Positions 46,239 to 56,029 of a DNA stretch of 64,000 bases are shown piece by piece. The DNA lies in contig JBHJGZ010000009.1 of NCBI GenBank assembly GCA_050331295.1, positions 13,824 to 77,823 on the forward strand, given 5' to 3'. The first letter of the stretch is position 1; the number at the start of each line of letters is the position of its first letter. Origin of the DNA: Myxococcota bacterium. GTDB taxonomy: Bacteria; Myxococcota; Kuafuiibacteriia; Kuafuiibacteriales; Kuafuiibacteriaceae. The notes beneath the pieces were generated by a model. That model did no database searches. It was not told the origin of the DNA and saw nothing but the letters and a program-made list of their open reading frames with translations. Position numbers and translations under genes: made by a program.

Positions 46239-46776
46239 TCATTCCTTACGGGCCTCCCAAAACCCCAAGAGGCGCTTGGCGAGGGCTTTATACCCTCGAT
46301 GGGCCCGCACCCGTACCGCACCTTCGTTCAGTCCCAGGATCGATGCGACCTCAGCCATGGATCGGCCCTCGAGTTTGTGCAAGCGGACCACCTCGCGAGA
46401 AGATGCCGGGAGGTCTTCGATCGCGTCTCGAACCGCCTGTATCACCTCATTCTCGTCCTCTTTGAGCCAGGGAGACTCTCGTTCATCCGGAATGCGTTGG
46501 ACCTCGACCTCGTCCATGCCCCGATTGCGCCGGGCGGGGCGCCTGAGATCGTCGACCGCGACGTGGCGCGCGATGGTCAACACCCAGGGAAGCACTGGGG
46601 CACCCGGACGGTACCGATGACGAGCGCGATGCATCTTGAGGAGCGTGGTCTGAACGGCGTCGTCAATGTCGGCCGAACTTCGCAGCCATCGGGTAAGGGA
46701 CCTTCGAATGCGGGGTTCGAGCACGGTCATCAGCCGGTCGAATGCCCGCACATCCCCATCAATGTACCGGGTCATC
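46239..46776 (-). CDS. ECF (sigma-70 family group IV) RNA polymerase sigma factor
   Basis: Region 2 has DDAVQTTLLKMHRARHRYRP…VLPWVLTIARHVAVDDLRR. Region 4 has LPASSREVVRLHKLEGRSMAEVASILGLNEGAVRVRAHRGYKAL. I placed the start at MTRYIDGD (46776). Confidence 0.8.
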
Positions 46777-46975
46777 AGCTCTTCGAGCTCGATCCCCTGC
46801 AAAGACGCTCCGCCGCTCTTGTCCTGAACCCCGCACGGCATGGCAAGCAAAGCGGTCGCAGCTTGGACCCAGCTTGCCCTCAATCACGGGTTCGGCTGGG
46901 CGGTCCATCGTTGCCGAAGTGTCAGACCCCCGTCCCGGATGACTCACGGGATGGATGTCGACGATACTTGAGTGG

Positions 46976-48001
46976 CTACGGACTCGGTTGGCTCAAGAAC
47001 GCCAGGATCTCGGCTTGTAGACTTCGATGTCCCCGACGCCGGAATGCGAAGTGACCGGCTTCCGACAGCTCGACATAGCGTTTGAAGGATGCCTGGCGCA
47101 ATCTGTCTAGAAGGCGCAATGCGTGTTTACGCGTCGAAGCGCGGTCCGAGGAACCCCGAATCACCAAGGTGGGCGCGCGAACCCGTTCCGGGAGCCACAC
47201 GGGACCATCCGGGCCATAGAGGTCTCGATAGGGTCCGTTCGGAAGCCGTAGTCGGTCGTTTGATTCGAACCGGAACAGGCTTTCCACGAACTCGTGATGG
47301 ACCGCCGCCGAATCACGATTCGGGTCGAACAGGCCCTGGTGAAGGCTGCGTTCCTCCTCTCGCCAAACACGGTCCGTGATGTGTCGGCGATGAGAGACTC
47401 GGTCCCAGACCGGCGCGAACAGCACCAGACGGTCCACGTCGTCGGGCCGCTCCGAGGCGTACAGACCGGCCACGACGCAGCCCCAGGACCAGCCCACCAG
47501 ATGTACGGCGCGCTTCGGGTCTCGGTCCGGCTCCTCCCGCGCCCATTGGATCACGCGCGCGACGTCCTCGAGGACCTCACGCGCCCGCACCACCGGCGCT
47601 CCTCGCGGGTCGTCGTCCAACAAGGCCGAAGGCCGATACGACCCGCCAAAGCCCCGTGCGTCGAACGCATAAGCATCGTAGCCACCGCGGGCGAGGGCTC
47701 GCATCATCGAGTAGTCCTCGACGTTCAGGTCCCAAGTGGCCGAGCCGGGAGACCCCGCCCCGTGAGTGAGAACCACCGCACCTCGGTTTTCCACGGTGGA
47801 CCGCACCTTCATGGCGAATAGACGCCCACCTGGATGGGTCAGACGTGCCTCGATCCGTTGGAGGTCCTTCCGAGTCTTCGTGGGCCTCGGGCCGGACGGG
47901 GCTGGGCGGGAATCCTCTGGCGGTCGGCTCGGTCGTGCACGGCACCCCGTCGAGACCGTCCATGTCATCAGGAGTGCGGCAATGGTTGTAAAACGATGCA
48001 T
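46976..48001 (-). CDS. Alpha/beta-hydrolase-fold lipoprotein
   Basis: The signal plus lipobox is LLMTWTVSTGC. The nucleophile elbow is HLVGWSWGC (GxSxG). A C-terminal His region is also present. Confidence 0.75.
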   Translation of the reverse strand: MHRFTTIAALLMTWTVSTGCRARPSRPPEDSRPAPSGPRPTKTRKDLQRIEARLTHPGGRLFAMKVRSTVENRGAVVLTHGAGSPGSATWDLNVEDYSMMRALARGGYDAYAFDARGFGGSYRPSALLDDDPRGAPVVRAREVLEDVARVIQWAREEPDRDPKRAVHLVGWSWGCVVAGLYASERPDDVDRLVLFAPVWDRVSHRRHITDRVWREEERSLHQGLFDPNRDSAAVHHEFVESLFRFESNDRLRLPNGPYRDLYGPDGPVWLPERVRAPTLVIRGSSDRASTRKHALRLLDRLRQASFKRYVELSEAGHFAFRRRGHRSLQAEILAFLSQPSP

Positions 48002-48009
48002 GGACGGCG

Positions 48010-48756
48010 TTGAGTGTCGGGACCTTGGACCGACGCATCATACTCGTGCTCATCGGCATCGCAACGGTGGTGGGTTGGCAGGTTCCTTGGGGCCCGCGAC
48101 TTCTTTTCCCGTTTACGGTCTTAGCAACCTTTGTTCATGAGATGGGACATGGACTGACGGCGATGCTGTTTGGCGGCACCTTCGACCATCTGGCCATCTT
48201 TTCGGACGGCTCCGGAGTCGCCGTCCACCATGGTCGATACGGTCTGCTCGCGCAGGCTGCGATTCCGGCTGGGGGGCTCATGGGTCCGTCCCTCCTCGGG
48301 GGCGCCTTGCTCGCCGCGAGCCGAGCCGACCACATCGCCCGGTGGCTCCTGTTGGCTTGCGCCCTGGTGATCTGGGCGAGCGTGCTGCTCCTCGTGCGAA
48401 GCACCTTCGGCGTGGTGAGCATGACTGCTTGGGCCCTTGTCCTCACCGCGGTGGTGAGGTTCGCTCCTACCTGGTGTGCTTTCGTCCTTCAGGTTGTTGC
48501 GGTTCAGATGGCGCTCTCGGTGTTTCAGGACCTGGACTACATGTTCAGTCCGGGAGCATCGGTGGACGGCATTCCTCGCTTGTCCGACTCGGCCGCGATG
48601 GCTCAGGTGTTGATTCTTCCGTATTGGGTCTGGGGCGGCGTGACCGCCCTCTTGTCGTTGGCGGCGGTCGGGATCGGCGGCTGGTGGGCGCTGCGACCCG
48701 CGACTTCTTCCGTCCGTTCTCGGGCCCCTGGTCCCTCTCGGAGTGTCCCCACCTGA
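48010..48756 (+). CDS. Membrane-embedded M50-like metalloprotease (HExxH)
   Basis: HEMGH sits in TM helix 2 (TFVHEMGHGLTAM). There are 6-7 TM helices. It is immediately upstream of the Ser/Thr kinase gene. Confidence 0.6.
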   Translation: MSVGTLDRRIILVLIGIATVVGWQVPWGPRLLFPFTVLATFVHEMGHGLTAMLFGGTFDHLAIFSDGSGVAVHHGRYGLLAQAAIPAGGLMGPSLLGGALLAASRADHIARWLLLACALVIWASVLLLVRSTFGVVSMTAWALVLTAVVRFAPTWCAFVLQVVAVQMALSVFQDLDYMFSPGASVDGIPRLSDSAAMAQVLILPYWVWGGVTALLSLAAVGIGGWWALRPATSSVRSRAPGPSRSVPT

Positions 48757-48786
48757 GGGACGCCTCGTGGTAAGGTCCGGGCTGCC

Positions 48787-50616
48787 TTGGAACGGGCTCA
48801 GCTTGGAAACTATGAGCTGTTGGTCCGCCTGGCCTCGGGTGGCGCAGCAAACGTCTTTCTTGCGAGAGAGTGCGCGCCCGACCAGAAGCCACGTCTTCTT
48901 GCCCTCAAAGTGCTGCTTCCATCCTTGGCGCAAAACGAAGACTTCCTGGAGATGTTTTTCAACGAAGCGCGGATCGCTTCGAGGCTGAACCATCCGAACG
49001 TCGTCGCCATTGCCGGCTTCGGGCAGGTCGAGGGAGTACACAGTTTGGCCATGGAGTACGTTTTTGGAGCGAGCCTGTCCCAGCTGCTGCGGGCCTCCGC
49101 TCGCGCGAAGCGTCCCCTCTCGGTCGGCGTGCTTCTGCACATCACCGCCCAAATGTGCGACGCACTTCATCACGCTCATGAACTCCAAGACGAAGACGGG
49201 CAGTCCATGGGACTCGTGCATCGGGACGTCACGCCACAGAACGTGCTGGTGGGTTTCAACGGCGTCCCGAAACTGACGGACTTCGGCATCGCCAAGGCGA
49301 CGGACCGCGGATACGAAACCCAAGCCGGTATCGTAAAAGGAAAGTTCAGCTACATGTCGCCGGAGCAGGCCTTCGGAAGACCGGTCGACCGGCGGAGCGA
49401 TGTCTTCGCCATGGGAATCGTCTTGTGGGAAGCGCTCACCGGACAGGCTCTCTTCAAAGGGACGTCACCGAACGATGTTCTGGCTTCGATCCGGGATCAG
49501 GTGATTTCTGCACCGAGCGCAGTCGTTCCTGGTTTGACGGGAATCGTGGATCCCATCGTCGGTCGTGCGCTTTCGCGGTCACCCAAGAAGCGGTTCCAGA
49601 CCGCGGCGGAGTTCGCGGATGAGATCCGAGCCCTGATCACAAAGGCCGGTGTGACCATCGACGCGGATGTCGTCTCGAAGGAGATGGCGTCCATCTATGG
49701 GGATGACATTCTCCGGCGGGCGATTGCGCTCAGAGGAGCCTTGGGTGGTCGGATGGCCGGTGAGGCCCTCGCGCAGCGGCTGGGCGCCTACGTGTTGGAT
49801 CAGCGAAGCCTTCCGGTGCCCAGTCCTCGTATCGAGGCTCAGGCGCAACCTGCGCCATCCTCTCGGTATGCATGGGAGGTCAGGGAGGGCGTCCCCGAGG
49901 ATGAACTCCTGGCCATGGTGCCGTCTGGCGATATCGAAAAGCCGAGTGACTTCAACGGAACCGGGTCCCAGCGGCTGGTGCGTCGGGTTGGACTGGATGC
50001 CAGCCCGTGGTCTTTGGCGGACGAAGACGACACCTTGGGAAGAACCGCCGCACCGAGGATGCTCAGCGACGACATCTCGGACGACGAAGTCGATGTTCCT
50101 TCGGATTTGGCGTCCTCGCCAAAGCGCCTCCCGAAAAGCGGCGATCCCGGACCGCATCCTACGCTTCCTTCTCCCATGGTGCGGGTTCCGGCCGAGATGG
50201 GGGGGGGTGAAAAGGTACAGGCAACCCGTTTGGACAATACAGATACAGAAGGTCATGAGCGGCAACCCATCGTTCAAGAAGAAGGCGAAGGCGACCCCCT
50301 CGAGCTCCCTCCGTTTCCGGCCATTCGATCCTCACTTCCATCGGTCGACCAGGTGTTTGGTTCGGAATTCGGTGGCGTTCGAGCGGGTGGGTCCGCGGAT
50401 GTCGCAGGGCCGTTCTCCGAGCGGACGCCGCTCGAGGCAGCCGTTGCACTCAAATCCGATCCGAGCGGTGCGCCGCTCGAGCCAGCGCTATCGGTTCCCG
50501 TTCATCGAATGCCGCGGATGGTTCGGCTCCCCATCTCGGCCGCGGTCCTCTTGGCGCTCGGTCTCTTGTGCCTCGGTGCCGCCTTGGGGATCATCTTCGC
50601 TCGGACCTTTGGCTGA
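48787..50616 (+). CDS. Hanks-type Ser/Thr protein kinase with C-terminal TM anchor
   Basis: Has ALKVLL, HRDVTPQNVLV and DFGIAKA. There is an acidic/proline-rich linker and a C-terminal TM helix (ISAAVLLALGLLCLGAALGIIFA). Confidence 0.85.
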   Translation: MERAQLGNYELLVRLASGGAANVFLARECAPDQKPRLLALKVLLPSLAQNEDFLEMFFNEARIASRLNHPNVVAIAGFGQVEGVHSLAMEYVFGASLSQLLRASARAKRPLSVGVLLHITAQMCDALHHAHELQDEDGQSMGLVHRDVTPQNVLVGFNGVPKLTDFGIAKATDRGYETQAGIVKGKFSYMSPEQAFGRPVDRRSDVFAMGIVLWEALTGQALFKGTSPNDVLASIRDQVISAPSAVVPGLTGIVDPIVGRALSRSPKKRFQTAAEFADEIRALITKAGVTIDADVVSKEMASIYGDDILRRAIALRGALGGRMAGEALAQRLGAYVLDQRSLPVPSPRIEAQAQPAPSSRYAWEVREGVPEDELLAMVPSGDIEKPSDFNGTGSQRLVRRVGLDASPWSLADEDDTLGRTAAPRMLSDDISDDEVDVPSDLASSPKRLPKSGDPGPHPTLPSPMVRVPAEMGGGEKVQATRLDNTDTEGHERQPIVQEEGEGDPLELPPFPAIRSSLPSVDQVFGSEFGGVRAGGSADVAGPFSERTPLEAAVALKSDPSGAPLEPALSVPVHRMPRMVRLPISAAVLLALGLLCLGAALGIIFARTFG

Positions 50617-50642
50617 CGCCGTCCTTCGAATCGGTCCGTTAC

Positions 50643-52520
50643 TCAAGGCGCTGCGACGCCGGTGGCCGTGGGCTCGGGCGTCGACCATCCGCATGTTCGT
50701 CCCTGGTTCTGCTCCTCGAGCCACGTGAGCAAGGGCTGAAAGTAGGCGACCAGGGCGCTTCCATCCATTTCTTGCTGCCCCGTAATGGCCTCGAGAGCCT
50801 CCGGCCACGGGCGGCTCACGCCGAGTGAAAGCATGGCCTTCAGACGATCGCCGGCCTCGGTGCTTCCAAATATGGAGCATTCGTAGAGGGGTCCATCGTG
50901 GCCGGCGGACTTGCACAGGGCTTCGTGAAACTGAAACTGCAGGATTCGAGCGAGGAAGTATCGGGTGTAGGGCACATTAGCCGGTACGTGATACTTCGCA
51001 CCGGGGTCGAAATCCTCCTCGCTTCGTTCTACCGGTGGACCGATGCCTTGGTACCGGGCTCGCAGCTTCCACCACGCCTTGTTGTACGCTTCAGGCGTGA
51101 CCCGGCCGGAGAACACCTGCCATCGCCAATCGTCGATCAGCTTGCCAAACGGGAGGAAAGCTATCTTGTCTAGAGCTTCCTTCATCTGCAGATTGATCAG
51201 TGCTTTATCGCTCCTCGCGATCTCCTCCAGGAGACCGACGCGCTGGAGGTAGCCGGGGGTCACGGACAGCGCGAGCGTGTCGCCAATGCCTTCGTGGAAC
51301 CCATCGTGAGCGCCACCTTGATAAAGAACGGGCAAATGATTGTAGTATCTGAAGTAATAGTTGTGTCCGAGCTCATGATGAATCGTGATTAAGTCTTCTT
51401 CCGTCGGCGTGATACACATCTTGATTCGAAGATCATTGTTGTAATCCACGTCCCAGGCCGAAGCGTGGCAGACCACGTCGCGATCCTTCGGTTTGGTGAA
51501 TAGTGAACGCTCGTAGAACGTGCCCGGGAGCGCGTCGAGGCCCAGTGAGGTGAAGAAAGACTCCCCCAGCTTCACCATGCGTATTGCGTCCCAGTCGTTC
51601 TCCTCGAGAGCGCGCGTCACGTCGAGATCAGATGCGCCCGGATAGGGTTCGACGAGTGGATAGATGTTGCCCCATTCTTGGGCCCACATGTTGCCGAGAA
51701 GATGAGCGGGGATGAGGCCCCTCGAATCGACGCGGTCCGGACCGTACCGTTCCAGGAGCTTGGCCCGGACGTGACAGTGAAGCGCCTCGTAGAGCGGTGC
51801 CACTTCGTTCCAGAGTCGTTCTACCTCGCGACCGAATTGGTCGGGCTCCATGTCATAACCCGCTCGCCATAGCTCCCCCATGTCGTCGAAACCGATGTCA
51901 CGAGCTCCTTCGTTGGCGAGGGCGACGAACTCGGAGTACAGCGGCATCATGGGACGACTGATGGTGCGCCAACCTTCCCAGGCTTGGAGGAGCGTCTCAT
52001 AGTCTCGACTGGTGGCGAGCACCTTACTCAGCTCTCCCAGTTCCTTGCACGCACCTTCCCGGCAAACCTTTCCCTTTCCGTAGATGCTTTCCATTTCCGC
52101 CGAGATGGCTGCGACTCGGGCTCGCTTTGCCGGGTCCGCAGGCGGAGGAAGACTCTGACTGATCTTCAGCAGATGCAGCTGGCGCCGGGTATCCGGATCG
52201 AGCTCCAGTCCATCGAATGTGGCTGCGGTGCGGATCGCATCCGTCATGTACGCGAGCACCTTCTCGTGGGCCTTGGCGGCCAGGATCTCGGTGTCGTGGA
52301 TGATGTACGTTGCCTTCACCCACTCGGCGCGGGCCCAGTCGGTCCAGAGTGCCTGCAATTCACCATCGAGCTTTTGAACAAAGGCCTGGGCATCGGCCGC
52401 GGTCGGTGTCTTGGGCGTCGAAGCCGACGTTTCGGGCGGTGACGCCGATTCGGTGGCTGGTCCGGCGGTTGCACATCCAAGTCCCAAAGCCAACAAGGCA
52501 GAGGTGGTCCTGACCATCAT
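50643..52520 (-). CDS. Peptidase M2 family (angiotensin-converting-enzyme-like peptidyl-dipeptidase), lipoprotein
   Basis: The zinc site is TIHHELGHNYY…FHEGIGD (HExxH…E). About 600 aa. The signal plus lipobox is LLALGLGCATAG. Confidence 0.8.
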   Translation of the reverse strand: MMVRTTSALLALGLGCATAGPATESASPPETSASTPKTPTAADAQAFVQKLDGELQALWTDWARAEWVKATYIIHDTEILAAKAHEKVLAYMTDAIRTAATFDGLELDPDTRRQLHLLKISQSLPPPADPAKRARVAAISAEMESIYGKGKVCREGACKELGELSKVLATSRDYETLLQAWEGWRTISRPMMPLYSEFVALANEGARDIGFDDMGELWRAGYDMEPDQFGREVERLWNEVAPLYEALHCHVRAKLLERYGPDRVDSRGLIPAHLLGNMWAQEWGNIYPLVEPYPGASDLDVTRALEENDWDAIRMVKLGESFFTSLGLDALPGTFYERSLFTKPKDRDVVCHASAWDVDYNNDLRIKMCITPTEEDLITIHHELGHNYYFRYYNHLPVLYQGGAHDGFHEGIGDTLALSVTPGYLQRVGLLEEIARSDKALINLQMKEALDKIAFLPFGKLIDDWRWQVFSGRVTPEAYNKAWWKLRARYQGIGPPVERSEEDFDPGAKYHVPANVPYTRYFLARILQFQFHEALCKSAGHDGPLYECSIFGSTEAGDRLKAMLSLGVSRPWPEALEAITGQQEMDGSALVAYFQPLLTWLEEQNQGRTCGWSTPEPTATGVAAP

Positions 52521-52587
52521 GGCGGCGGAACCTAGGACTGTTTGTCTCCGTTTGTCAGCCCCGACGCGCGGGGGCTAGCCCACTCGG

Positions 52588-55089
52588 ATGGCCGAGCTGC
52601 CGATCGAAGCAGTGGTGGGCGACATCCGCCACGCCTTGGAGGATGGCCTCAATCTCGTCGTGGTGGCACCTCCCGGAAGCGGGAAGACGACTCGAGTCCC
52701 CTTCGTATGCTCCGCACGCTCCCCCCAGACGCAGGTCGTCTTGCTCGAACCACGGCGATTGGCCGCCCGGCTGGCGGCCGGTTTCATGGCGCGGTCGATG
52801 GGTGGCGCCCTCGGGGGGATGGTTGGCCTGGTGACGCGCCAAGAACAACATGTGTCGGCCGAGTCCCGCGTCGTCGTCATGACGGAGGGCGTCTTGGTCC
52901 GACGGATGCTGGAAGATCCGAGCTTGGCGGGGGTCAGCCATGTCCTTGTGGATGAATTCCACGAGAGGTCCGTCCAAGCGGATCTCGCTCTGGCCTTGGT
53001 TCGAGAGGTCCAGGCGTCCCTTCGGCCCGACCTGCGCATCGTGGTCATGTCTGCGACGATGAATCCCTCACCCGTGGCGCAGTTCCTCGAACCGTGTCGA
53101 GTTCTGGAAGCCAGAGGTCGAGGTTTCCCGCTCCGGATCGAGTATGAAGACCTTCCCGATCCTCTCCAGCCGCGCGCGCTCGCGAAGGTACTTCGCCAGG
53201 TGAGCCGGGAAGAGGCTGGGGACGTGTTGGCGTTCCTCCCGGGGGCGGCCGAGATCCGCCGCACGGCGCGGGAGCTCGAAGTGACCGCCGTAGGGCGGGA
53301 TGTGATTCCGCTCTACGGAGAGATGAGTCCTCGTCAGCAGGATGCCGCGTTGGTTCCTCGAAGCCGGCCTCGCTTGTTCCTCGCCACCAATGTCGCGGAA
53401 TCGTCCGTCACCATCGATGGGGTTGGCGTCGTCGTCGACACCGGCATGTTCAAGCAAGCGGAGTTCGACCAGGTGAGCGGCGTCGAGCGCCTGATCTTGC
53501 GCCGCGTAGGTCAGCATAGTGCCGACCAGCGCGCGGGCCGAGCTGCGCGTCAAGGCCCCGGGCGTGCCGTCAGACTCTGGCCCGCGCATCGAGTGCTCGA
53601 TCCGGAACCCAAGCCTGAGATCCATCGAGTGGACCTGTTGCCGGTCATTCTGACCGTCAGCGGATGGAGTTCCGCAGACCCCTTCGGTTTTGGTTGGTTC
53701 GAGGCGCCGTTCGAGAATCGGGTGCGAGGGAGCATCGAACTCCTGCGGCGTTTGGGGCTCTTGGAGCCGAACGGCTTCAGGCTGACGGACAATGGACGGC
53801 GAGTCCTGTCCTGGCCGGTTCATCCACGGTGGGGTGCGGTGGTGGCTCGCGCCGATGCTCTCGGGGTCGGGCATCGGGCCCTCGAGCTCGCGGCCTTGGC
53901 TCAAGGACGCGACGTCTTGGCTGACCGATCGCTCTTCCGCGGGAAAGCTGGTTTCGCGGACATCGCGGAACGGGCCCGACTGGCGTTTCGGTCTGGCATC
54001 AACTCCCGCAGTCCGGGTTCGAGTCCGTCGGCAGGACTTCACGAAGCTGGGCTGGCCGAAGCCCAAAGGGCACTGCGGCAGTTGCGGCAGAGGGTCGAGC
54101 TGCGCTCGATGGATCATCTGGATGGCGATGACGATGAAGCACTGGCAAGGGCCATCCTGCGCGGCTTTCCGGATCGAGTTGGTCGAGTGACGTCGTCCGG
54201 ATTGGATGTGGCTCTCGCCGACGGCGGACGAGCTCGACTCAGCTCCGACTCCGTAGTTGCTGACGCATCTTGGATCGTCGCATTGCAGCTGCACGTGGGT
54301 CCTCGCGGAGGGGTCCCCGAAGTTCGGTCCGCCGTACGGCTCGATTCATCTTGGCTCATGGAAGAGATGGACATCGTCTCCGGTGTGGAGGCTCGGTACG
54401 ATTCGAGTCGTCAGCGCGTAGAAGGAAGACGCATCGTTCGTTTTCGAAATCTCATCCTTCGAGAGAGTCCTGCTCGGGTCGAGCCTAGCCTGATTTCGGA
54501 CGCTCTCTATCAGGCCGCATTGCACGATCTCGATCGTGCAATGCCGCTCCACGATGAGCTGCAGACCTTCCTGGTTCGACTTCGCCTGCTTCAGCAGCAC
54601 GCTCCGGAGCTCGGGTTCGACGTCCCGCCAGACATTCGAAAGGAAGTCCTTGCGACCGCTGTCATCGGCGCTTCGAGCTTCGCCGAGCTTCAACGAGTGC
54701 AGGTTTCAGCGCTCTGGGGGGCCATCCGGCCAGGATTGAATTCCGCCCTCGCGGAGCATCTTCCGGAGCAGTGGACACTGCCTTCGGGACGTCGGGCGCC
54801 CATCGTGTATCGCGAGGGGGTGCTTCCGAGCCTTTCCGCACCCATTCAGGAACTGTTTGGTCTCGAACAGACGCCGAGCCTCGTGAAGGGCCGTCTGCCG
54901 GTACAGGTCGAGCTACTCGGGCCGAACCGACGGCCGATTCAAGTCACTCGAGACCTGCGAAGCTTCTGGGCTTCCACGTACGCCGAGGTTCGGAAGCACC
55001 TTCGTGGACGCTATCCCAAACACCATTGGCCGGAGCATCCAACTCTGAAGGACGCTGGCCCTCTGGGTCGTCGTCGAGGTCAGCGATGA
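52588..55089 (+). CDS. hrpB: ATP-dependent RNA helicase HrpB (DEAH/RHA family)
   Basis: Has GSGKTT and the DEAH box VLVDEFHERS. The helicase C, HA2 and HrpB C-terminal regions are present (…RYPKHHWPEHP). Confidence 0.85.
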   Translation: MAELPIEAVVGDIRHALEDGLNLVVVAPPGSGKTTRVPFVCSARSPQTQVVLLEPRRLAARLAAGFMARSMGGALGGMVGLVTRQEQHVSAESRVVVMTEGVLVRRMLEDPSLAGVSHVLVDEFHERSVQADLALALVREVQASLRPDLRIVVMSATMNPSPVAQFLEPCRVLEARGRGFPLRIEYEDLPDPLQPRALAKVLRQVSREEAGDVLAFLPGAAEIRRTARELEVTAVGRDVIPLYGEMSPRQQDAALVPRSRPRLFLATNVAESSVTIDGVGVVVDTGMFKQAEFDQVSGVERLILRRVGQHSADQRAGRAARQGPGRAVRLWPAHRVLDPEPKPEIHRVDLLPVILTVSGWSSADPFGFGWFEAPFENRVRGSIELLRRLGLLEPNGFRLTDNGRRVLSWPVHPRWGAVVARADALGVGHRALELAALAQGRDVLADRSLFRGKAGFADIAERARLAFRSGINSRSPGSSPSAGLHEAGLAEAQRALRQLRQRVELRSMDHLDGDDDEALARAILRGFPDRVGRVTSSGLDVALADGGRARLSSDSVVADASWIVALQLHVGPRGGVPEVRSAVRLDSSWLMEEMDIVSGVEARYDSSRQRVEGRRIVRFRNLILRESPARVEPSLISDALYQAALHDLDRAMPLHDELQTFLVRLRLLQQHAPELGFDVPPDIRKEVLATAVIGASSFAELQRVQVSALWGAIRPGLNSALAEHLPEQWTLPSGRRAPIVYREGVLPSLSAPIQELFGLEQTPSLVKGRLPVQVELLGPNRRPIQVTRDLRSFWASTYAEVRKHLRGRYPKHHWPEHPTLKDAGPLGRRRGQR

Positions 55090-55911
55090 CGTGTTCATCT
55101 CCGGCGCCTTCTGTTTCACCCGAAGAAGCTGTACGCCGGCGACTGGCCATCCCCTGGGCTTCATCAGTCGTTCGAAGAAGCGGTGCCACGCTTCGTCGAT
55201 GACTTTTCGAGCGACCGTCGATGCGTGGCGAACCACCGGCCGCCCGTTTCGTTGCATCGCCCAGCCCTGATGGCTCACCAGGTCGGGAGCCCCGAACCAA
55301 TCTACACGGATGACATGGACGAGAGTACCCGCCGGTACACGATGAGGCTGCGCCAATATCTGTTCCACTGGAACGAAAGGAATCTCATGCGTGCCGAACG
55401 GTATGGCCTCTGGAGTGAGCTTCAGCGCCGGAGCCACTCTGCGCGAATCCCATCGCGGGCGGGTCAAATCGAAAGTGACGATGGACGCGGCCTCGGGAAA
55501 GAACTTGGAGGTCACGTCTTCCAATCGACCGCTCCGGACGAGATCGGGTGTCCACTGACTTCCGATCAGATGGCGTCGGTACTGAAAACCGACCCGAGCA
55601 TCCTTGTACCGGACGCGGTCGAGTACTCGGGCCAGACTGTCGTCATCACATTCCAGCAAGGCCAGGCTGGTTTCGACGAAGGTCGTGCAATCGAAGGCAT
55701 CGAAGCGAAGCCTGGGATCGGGATCGCGGCCGCGACCTTCGCCCAGAGGAGAAGACCGATATTCGACTCCTTTCAGAGGACCTGTCAGCGCATCGAGCCG
55801 CTGGGCCACGGATGCTTCCGATGACGCACATAGCTTTGCTCGCAAGGACTCCATTTGAGTGAGGGATGGAGTCGAGGCGCAAAGCAGCGGGGCCCACAGC
55901 CAAGCGTGCAT
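54913..55911 (-). CDS. DUF1460-like (amidase/transglutaminase-like fold) exported protein; the 3' end overlaps hrpB convergently by 177 nt
   Basis: Has FDCTTFVETSLALLECDD and a predicted signal peptide. The last roughly 60 aa are low-complexity (TSSLTSTTTQRAS…), which is consistent with read-through into the hrpB antisense frame. Confidence 0.4.
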   Translation of the reverse strand: MHAWLWAPLLCASTPSLTQMESLRAKLCASSEASVAQRLDALTGPLKGVEYRSSPLGEGRGRDPDPRLRFDAFDCTTFVETSLALLECDDDSLARVLDRVRYKDARVGFQYRRHLIGSQWTPDLVRSGRLEDVTSKFFPEAASIVTFDLTRPRWDSRRVAPALKLTPEAIPFGTHEIPFVPVEQILAQPHRVPAGTLVHVIRVDWFGAPDLVSHQGWAMQRNGRPVVRHASTVARKVIDEAWHRFFERLMKPRGWPVAGVQLLRVKQKAPEMNTSSLTSTTTQRASVLQSWMLRPMVFGIASTKVLPNLGVRGSPEASQVSSDLNRPSVRPE

Positions 55912-56029
55912 TTTGGTTCGACTTTACTCGGGCGAACGGCTCGAAGCCAGACGTGCGCTCGACTGGACGTCGGTCGCGGGCGGTCTTGGAAATCTTGTTG
56001 TACCTTTCGCCCAATGGTACTTCGTGCGC

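Noticed and set aside
46777-46975. Search for an ECF-type autoregulated promoter (GGAAC-N16-CGTT) upstream of the ECF sigma gene
   Set aside because: I could not find a convincing match by eye on the relevant strand, so I left it unannotated.
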